Shown in pieces: positions 49,948 through 58,284 of a stretch of DNA of 58,284 nt (the first letter of the stretch is position 1; the number at the start of each line of letters is the position of its first letter). Source of the stretch: Octopus bimaculoides (taxonomy: Eukaryota). The translations under genes were made by a program, and so were the position numbers. Below the pieces are notes generated by a model that was not told the DNA's origin, did not search any database, and worked only from the letters and a program-made list of their open reading frames with translations. Location: assembly GCF_001194135.2 (NCBI RefSeq), contig NC_068983.1, positions 150,007,210 through 150,065,493 of the forward strand. Direction: 5' to 3'.

Positions 49948-52900
49948 TTGCTGTGCCATTTTGTGCTTCTGATGAAGGTCATAAAATAAAAATGAGGTGA
50001 TTACTAAATAGAGGATACAGTTTTAATAAAATATAAGACATTTTATGCTTGCTCTAAGGAATCTAATACCAGCAATAAATAAAATATTTTCATAATAAGG
50101 ACACAACTGAGCTAATAAATATACTAGCAGTTTGGACAGCTTCAAGTTTATTTTATGTACTGAGTGAGAAATTCAAATTTTGGTATTAAATGGGAGGGTT
50201 AAATATTATGACAACCACATACATATAGTTAGTGTCTTTATATGAATTATTTTTTTCCATAAGGCTTTGAGAATTATTTGTTCATTTTTATGCATGCTTT
50301 TCTATGTTAGCATTGCTTTCATTTCTCTAGATTAGAATTAACAGAATAAAATGTCTATTATTATTTTTATAATTCATTAAAATGGGAAACTGATTGAAGA
50401 TTGAAATTTTAAGTAAGATGATACATGTGCACATGTATGCACACACATGTACTTTTATATAGTACTGTTCTGCTAATCTAGTCCCCTTTGGTTCTGGGGA
50501 GTGCCACATTTTCAAATCTGTTTGAGTATTGGAACTCCAGTTTAAAAACAACAAAATCACATTTTGTAACCAGGTCATCAAAAATGCAACCTCAATATCT
50601 GCCATCATTGTTTTCATTGGACAAAATAAGTTTATGAATGCAATATCATATTTTAAAGTTTGTAAATCACCAAACTGTCAACAAGTATGTCTTAGTTTTT
50701 ACCCAAACTTTATGTTTTCAATGGTCATTCACCCTGAAATTGACTTTTAAAAATGTCAGACACCAAGATCTTTGATTCTGAATCAGATATAAATCACATT
50801 AGTTACCTTTTGTTTTTAAAATACTATATTATTTCAATTCATAAGTGCAATTATGGAGTTAAATGGTTTCCTTTCACACCTTTCTTGAAATTGGCTAGTC
50901 TTATTAACAGTGGGTAATAGTTTTACTAATGGATGGACAAAGGCAGCATTTGAAACACTTAGGTACTGACCCTTTCAACTTGAAAGTAAACATAACAGAA
51001 TGATGTTGGCAGCCAATGACTGCCACATGTTGGTGGGAACATGAAGCACAACAAACAATGTCAGGCAATCAGGTCTGCCAGATTAATGGAACTTTATGAT
51101 GTTCTGGTAATTAAAGAGACTCTAAAGTTTTTTTTTTTATTACCACCTTAACTATAAACTAATAATCAGAATGAATTTCAATTTAAGTAAATAATATTGT
51201 GCCAATGAATAAATTTCTTGCTTGTAAATTCATCCCACCCCTACCAAATCGCTTATCACATTGTAGTATGATGAGGCTGACTTAAGAATATTAATATCTG
51301 CAGATAACATTAATAAGTTACTCATGAATGACTGTCAGAAGAATGGAGAAACCAAAAAACTTCTGTCTATTGATATTCATTATAAGTCTGATGTACTTCT
51401 TGTTTATATCAGAAAATAATGGTAAAAAAATGTATTTTAAGTCAAATAGTTGCAAAACCATGCTCTTAGCCCTTTTGATATGCTATTAACTTGTTCCAAA
51501 TACCAACCTAATAATGATAGTTATTTTATTAAATTCTTCATTTTCAAAATTAATTGAAATGAAAGTAGTGTATCTCAATAGGAAATATGGTAATAAAAGG
51601 ATTAAAAGATTAGATCATTTAAAATAAGGAAAATTATGACGCCATTCAGAGAGTATGTCATTTGAAAATATCTTTAACAATCTAGGTGATGATTTATTTG
51701 AATGTAGTAAAATCCATATTATAGGAATCTATAAGTTAGAAAAAAATTGCAAGTAAATCTTTTAGGAAAAAGAACATATTGATTTAAAAAAATAAAAAAG
51801 AAAACAAAGCCACAAATTTATCCAACACATTTGAATAAATTTGATCTAAATTATACAAAATATGAGACATTTTCCAGATTCAAACTATGCAAAAAATAAT
51901 GAAAACTAGTTTGAAAACAAGGGTACTAAAAGATTGACCAACAATTTTATGAGGCAAAAAGCAGGTTTTAAATAAAATCTCCCTTTCTACTTACATGTAA
52001 ACAGTACAGGGTATATTTACCAAAAATTAAAGCAAATATTGTCAGAGCTTTCTGCACTACAAACTGTGTCAATGATTTATTTATATTAGAGGATCATTGA
52101 AAACCAAAGTAATGCTTGGAATGAAAAGTTATGGATTAACCAACAAATTAGTAATCATAGCAAACAGGAAAGAGATAAACATGGTCAGGCCCACTAAACT
52201 AAAACCAAGCCAGCTGACTATCCCAGAGTTAAAATGTAAACAAAGATTGATATCCAACTAGATCAAAAGATTAATTGAATCATACCAAAACATGGTTGTT
52301 TCTTCTTTCTTAGTACATTAGAACTACACTTTCTCAGGCAGTTGTAAGGTCAGTTTGACCTTAAAGCAAATTCTTTGAATAGGCATGGTTAGTGTAAAGA
52401 TTGGTTCCAAGCAAGCATATCTGTGATTCAGTTTCAACTCCTGATTGTAGTTGATTTCTCTTTCACCTATATAACGAGTGCACTTTTTGAGTAGTACTGA
52501 CCAACAATCCTTTTCTTCTTGTATTAAATCTGAGATTTTGTCTTTTCTATTATTCAAAACAATGATTTCTTAATAGACAATCTGAATTAGCAGTTTCATA
52601 TTTAGTACCAAAAAAAAAAAAAAAAGCCTTGATAATAAATATAAGCAATACATGTACAGATGCACCCACATGCACATACAAGATGCTAGAGTTCATCCAA
52701 TGTATTAAATGATTTCTTTTAAAACAATTTAGTACAGATTAACATTTAAAGTACATTTAGTTTCAAGCAGCCAATAAGGAATTGAATTTGAAACATTAAT
52801 AAATGTCTTGGAAAATATGTACAACTATACAAATTAATAGAGTTACACATATTCTCCAAGAATTATGTCTTTAGTGTATCTTTCACCACCACTGCTATAA

Positions 52901-53639
52901 TCTCAACTCTTCTGAACCTCTGGATGTCATACAACATACACTCAAACATCTGTCCAATTTTCTCAATCCTTCTTCTTCAGTTTGTATCATATTGGAACTT
53001 CTCTGCCAATATTTTCTTCACAAATATCAATCTGAAGGATTCTAACTGAACATTAACCACACTGGCCTTATTTATCTTTTTCAGCTTAAGTTTGACAGAC
53101 AAAGTGTTGGTTGCCCTTCCACCTCAAACTAAAAGATAACTAATAAGTATAAACACAATAAATAAGCATAAAAACAACTACCAAGACATCTATATATCAT
53201 TATAGTGGTGGCATTTACATGAAATTTCTATTGTTTCTTTTCATGGCAACTGATTGAACAGACAGACAAAATCTTAAGGTCAAGCTATATTGACAAATAT
53301 GTAATTAGACTTATTTGAATGGAATATAAATTTAAAGATCATCATTATCATTCTCAATTCACATCTATTTATAAAAAACAAAAAACAAAAAAAAGCACTG
53401 GCATTAGATGGATGGATGGAATAATCATGCATCACTTCTGAGATAATGTTTTCAGTGACAGTTCCAAACTGTTTTTTCTCAAATATTCCTGACTTTACTT
53501 TTACTAAGAGTTCCTCATCCTGGCACAGTTAACATATTTAATGGTCTTTCTGGCTACACAACACTGTATTAGGCTTGTGTCTCCTACCCCACTCCACACC
53601 TATAATACAATATTTCAAATACAGAAGAAAATCAAATAT

Positions 53640-54420
53640 TTCTTGTATCAGAAAAATACAACTACTATTATTTTCATAATGAATGACCTATTTTAGAGTG
53701 AAGGATGATATTTTGGAGGAGCAGTGGTCATGGAAGGAGCAGCAGATTGTCCTTTGTCTAAGTTATGGAACAGCAATATAAAGGAAGAGGCAGTTGCAGC
53801 AGAACTTATTGTAGAGAAGAGATGAGAGTAAACATAATCAGGACATAAAACAATTGGGTGAAAGAGGTTACTGACAAAACTTCAATTGAGCCAGAATATA
53901 TTTTACAAAATGCTTACTAGAACTTTGGCCTTGGCTAAGTTAACTTTGAGGCACTTTCATTCCAGGTTTTGCTTCCACAGCTGGAATTTCTTTTCTAATC
54001 CTACTATAGATTCAGCTATAAGAACAAGGTCATCAACACAGGAATTCCCATGGGCAACCAGTTTGCTATGGTGCAAAGAAGGAGGACTATGATAAACAGG
54101 AGGGGATTAAGAGTCAAGCACTGGTGAACTACTACCTGCACGCTAAATTCATCGCTGTACACATTTCTAACTCTCATCTTACTGACAGCACCGCCACACA
54201 TGGTTTAAATGGATCTCACCAACCATTTAGCCATTCTTAGTTTCTGCAGTGATCACCAGATCAGGAGGTGAAGGATCCTGTTGAAGGCTTTCTCCACGTC
54301 AAGGAATATCAAGTACAGCAGTTTACTTTTGGTTATATACTTCACCAGTAGATACCTTACTAGGAAGAGAACATCAGAGGTACATCTCCCTGGCACAAAA
54401 CCAAACTGCATCACATCTAG
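53640..54420 (-). mobile_element. Degenerate RTE LINE reverse-transcriptase fragment
   Basis: AVSKMRVRNVYSDEFSVQVVVHQC..LNPLLFIIVL resembles the RTE GVHQGSVLSPLLF motif; followed by a NLAKAKVL-like segment. Confidence 0.85.
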
Positions 54421-55789
54421 TCTCTCTTCCCAATTAGCTGAACTATAACTTTATGTAAATTGGATGTGTGTGTGTGTGTGTTTTACTTATTGTGTGTGTA
54501 CATGTACACATGCATGCATATGTGAGAGAAGAGAAAGAGAGAAGGTAGGGAGCAACACAACTAAATTTTATAGCAAAAACCCTGCACTAACTGTTTTTCT
54601 GTTTGAATTTGTATCAATCTATCTACAGACACACATATCCACACACATGTACAAGATGTATGTATGTATGTATGTATGTATGTATATCATGTCATGTCAA
54701 GAGCTCAGTGACAAGATGGCTTGATAATAAGGTGAGTTCCTTGTCAGAATCAAGTTATTGACAAATATTTGAAGCTGCAGCTTTTCTGTTTGATGCTGCT
54801 GCTTAACCTGGCAGTTAATCCATTGCCAGTTCTGTTGAAGAAATGCCAAAGTTATATTCTTGGATGGGTAAAGGAGAACAAAATCAATGCCATGCACAAA
54901 TTATTGTAATTTAAAAAAAAATTTTTGGTGAGCTGAAACTAATTATAGCACTAAGACAATAAAAGCTTGTCGAAATGTTTTGTGGGACATGCAAATGAAA
55001 TTTATTCACAATGAAACTTTATATGTGATAACCTATTGAGGTATATCAGTGACCAGATGATGAATGCTAATATCAGTGGGTTTTTTTCTTTTTATTTGTT
55101 TCTAAAGCTGACTGATACATAAGTCTGAAACAACCCCCAGCCCACCCTTGAGAATTTTGCAAATACTGGTGCATGAGGTAAAACTAGAGTAAAAAAAATA
55201 GTGCTTTAAAAGGCCTTCAAAAGTTTGGAAGTAACAGTTGTAGTCCAACAACTCCCTGGTGCCATTGCAAGTATTAACATTGAAATACTAGACTGAATAC
55301 TTGAAGAAAAATGAAAACCAGCTTTTTTGAGCATGCAAGCAGTATATCAATGTTATAGATAGCAGCTGCTGTGCTAAAATGCCTGCTTAACCTTTCTATA
55401 AGACATGACATTGTCACAAAAACTACAAATAAGTTTATCCACATGAAGTATTACTTGCAATAGAATACATTCATAACATTAGAAATGAGGCATACAACTG
55501 GAATATTCCAATAAAAATATATATCCAGCACAAACATGACCAAGCATAATATTATTTTCTAGGAAAAGGAATAAAAATCATATAAAAGCCAGTTGATCAG
55601 CAGATGTGAAGAATGTCCTGTCTGAAGTTATAGAAAGCACCTATAGGAAACTGTGAAATGCAGCTTTGTTGTTATTATTTATACTCATTATCATTGAAGC
55701 AGTGGACCATGTAACAAAGGATTTATGTAGAAAACTGCAAATTCTCTAAAAATATATAAAACAATAACTTCCATCACCACTGGGTTATG

Positions 55790-56960
55790 GATGCTTTTAA
55801 TGGATTTCATCCCCATTTTTTCTGTAGATGTCACCAATGCCACAACCAATTTGGGAGGACAAAGATCATGGAACTACCCGCCTCTTCTCTGACAAATCTA
55901 CATGCACACACACACACACACACACACACATCATTGCTGCTGTCAACATCACCACCATCACTATGCTACACAAGTTTTTCTATGCTTGCATGGGTTGGCA
56001 CTTCTTTACTCAGCTATTATCTTCCATACATATGTCCACACCAGCGCAATCTTCTCTTTGGTACACTACATCTGGTTCTTTTTATACCCAGTATTGTTTT
56101 TTCCATTCATTTGTGCTCCACTGTTTGAAAAGACTAACATTACATACCCACCAGAGTTAAAAGCTTCCTTAACTTTATTCACAGTTTGCTCTTACTCTGG
56201 CTACTATGCTTTCAGGGTACCCACCTCCACTGCCGGTGAGGTTATCAGGATAACAGTGAATCATCTGAGCAGTTTAAAGAATCCCTTGCACAGGTGCTCT
56301 TACTGCTAAGTACTTATGAGCATTTGTGACACACAAAATCCTCCTTCATCATTAGCCTGTGATAATAGTGCATCTCTTGTGCACCTGCAGTTTACATTAG
56401 GTATGCAATACAGAATTTCTACCTTCATTTTTTTTCTATCAAGCATGGCCACTTCTCATATAGCAAGATTCTGTAATCTTTAGACATTTGGCTTAACTTT
56501 TCCTCTCCTAATGACAGCCTCTCTATTCTAGTTTTTTTCTTTTTTTTGTTTTCAACATTCAGAATTTCTTTTCTAATTCTCCAACAGATCCAGCTGTGAA
56601 ACTCCTATTATGGTCTGCAAAACTATAAGAAACAGAATGGGGCTGAAAACCAAACCCTGTACACTAAATTCTGTACTGAACTCAATGCTAACATCCATGA
56701 TGCTGACAGCATTCCTGTATAAGGCTTGCACACCTCTCACAAGCTATTAATTTACAACTTATTTTCTTAGAGATTGTCAAATGACAGAGCAGGAATCCAG
56801 TGAAAGTCCTTCTTCAGAGCAACTAAACTAGGTATAATTATCTTATCACAAAGGTGGCATTGGTGGTGTCCCTGGCACAAACTGAAACTGCATCTTAGCC
56901 AAGTTATCTCTCTTCCTAATTAACTATGCTACAAGTCTTTCTGCTACTTTCATATCTTGA
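55790..56960 (-). mobile_element. Degenerate RTE LINE fragments
   Basis: Same RT C-terminal and internal motifs as 34080-35200 and 53640-54420, heavily mutated. Confidence 0.55.
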
Positions 56961-57479
56961 CCCATTAATTTGATGCATCTGTAGTTCTTTTTATAGCATT
57001 TCTCTTGCCCTGATGATAGTATTGCCACTCAGGTGACTGTGGATGGCGTTTCCTTGCACCACCTAACTGTTTATGCCAGTGATTAGCTTGAGTCTAACTT
57101 CAACAGATACTTTCAATATTTCAGCAATTATCATTGAAGGTCTAACTGCTTTTCCTGTGTTTATGCCACCGATGGCTGTAGAGCTGTCACCTTCAATGGG
57201 TGACATGATAAAATGCTTGCAATCCATGTTGTGAAATCATTAAAAGAATACAGTTACAAGGAGTGAGGAATCACAAAATCAATGAAAAACCCTAACTGCA
57301 TATACAGAACTAATACACACTGTGTTAGTGCTGTGCATAGTAATGAGGCAGCCAATTATGAACATCTTATTAATAAATGATTGCACCACCAACTCTCTTC
57401 CTTTCAGATGCAGGAAATGAAGATCACATGACCCACCTGTCACCACCACTACCGTATCAAAAACTCATGTCTACTACAA

Positions 57480-57900
57480 AACTTCAATGCAGTCACCGTC
57501 AACGTAGGCACAATGAAGGGTATGTCAGGAGAGACTGTAAAGACGTTTAAGTAGAGGTGAGTAGATGCTTGCTGCATACAAGAGGTAGGTAAAACGGGGG
57601 AAGGGGAACCTGGATCAGACTCTTCACATAGGAAACCAGGTACAAATTTTCCTAGGTAAGTACTGGAGTGGAAGGATTAGGTATACTGCTGACAGAGAAA
57701 AACACTAATTGAAGTAGTCAGAATATACAAGAGAATAAGTAGACTTGGAATTGTTATAAAACACTGACAGCAATAGCAAGCTATGCATACATCCCTCTGT
57801 CAGGCCTGACAAATGAGCAAAGGTACCATTCCTAAGAGGCCTCCTTGCTGACTATCTCAATAATGAACAACAATGATCTTGTTATCATGACTGGTGACTT
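57480..57900 (+). mobile_element. Degenerate RTE LINE apurinic-endonuclease fragment
   Basis: TVNVGTMKG, CCIQEV, YAY.P..G and GDF motifs across frameshifts. Confidence 0.8.
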
Positions 57901-58252
57901 TTACTTACCACTCATGATAAGATCAGAGTAACGGTTAGGTGGACTCAAAGACACACAAAAATTTGGAGAAGGAAGATATGAAAGATCCTTCATCCATATG
58001 TAGGTGCAAAGAATTAGGTGACACACACAAAATGATGGTAATGCTAGTATATCCATACAGATAATCATAATTTTAAAACAACATTTTTGATCAATCATTA
58101 TTGCAAAGTCTTAATTCCAATTCTAATATATTTTAATAAAACGTTAGTAAATCATTACACTCATTTTTCATTTCCTGTTCACTACGAGTTCTAATCTTTT
58201 GCTTTCTTCAACATTCAGGTAAAGAACATTGAACAACCTACATATACAAAAA

Positions 58253-58284
<32 letters not shown>

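Noticed and set aside
49969-50000. CTGATGA as a third hammerhead
   Set aside because: No stem II or GAAA downstream; other CTGA(T/A)GA hits I checked also lacked them.
50327-50750. Overlapping ORFs on both strands
   Set aside because: No homology or convincing splice sites.
52324-53110. Coding-looking minus segments, including a frame with five TGA codons
   Set aside because: No recognisable homology or splice framework; chance or an unassignable fossil element.
57901-58098. ORF ending at a GTAAGT donor as a B56 exon
   Set aside because: No B56 similarity in any frame.
69-58098. Most remaining ORF-track entries
   Set aside because: They arise from SINEs, microsatellites or purine/pyrimidine-skewed LINE debris and show no protein similarity.

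Overview
AT-rich eukaryotic genomic DNA with five N gaps. The SINE/RTE repeat landscape points to an Octopus-like coleoid cephalopod (inference from repeat families). The window holds the 3' half of one gene on the minus strand, a PP2A B56/B' regulatory subunit of the PPP2R5A/B/E (widerborst) clade. Coding exons traced by hand: 35536-35644, 33189-33242, [27841-27891 or 27732-27782], 20674-20793, 18536-18765 and 10637-10736 (stop). All have GT/AG boundaries and compatible phases; the 5' exons are not visible. The main observation is a tandemly duplicated 51-nt exon (AVKGLLKFWPKQCSQKE vs VVKILLKFWPKRCSIKE) separated by only 58 nt, the architecture of sterically enforced mutually exclusive splicing. 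The introns contain tRNA-derived SINEs, RTE LINE fragments, mariner and Tc1-like relics, and MITEs. They also contain two Penelope-type minimal hammerhead ribozyme motifs, a 95-bp near-perfect fold-back, a 100-bp CpG-dense island and a ~5 kb promoter-like domain. All coordinates and counts were made by eye; repeat boundaries are approximate.
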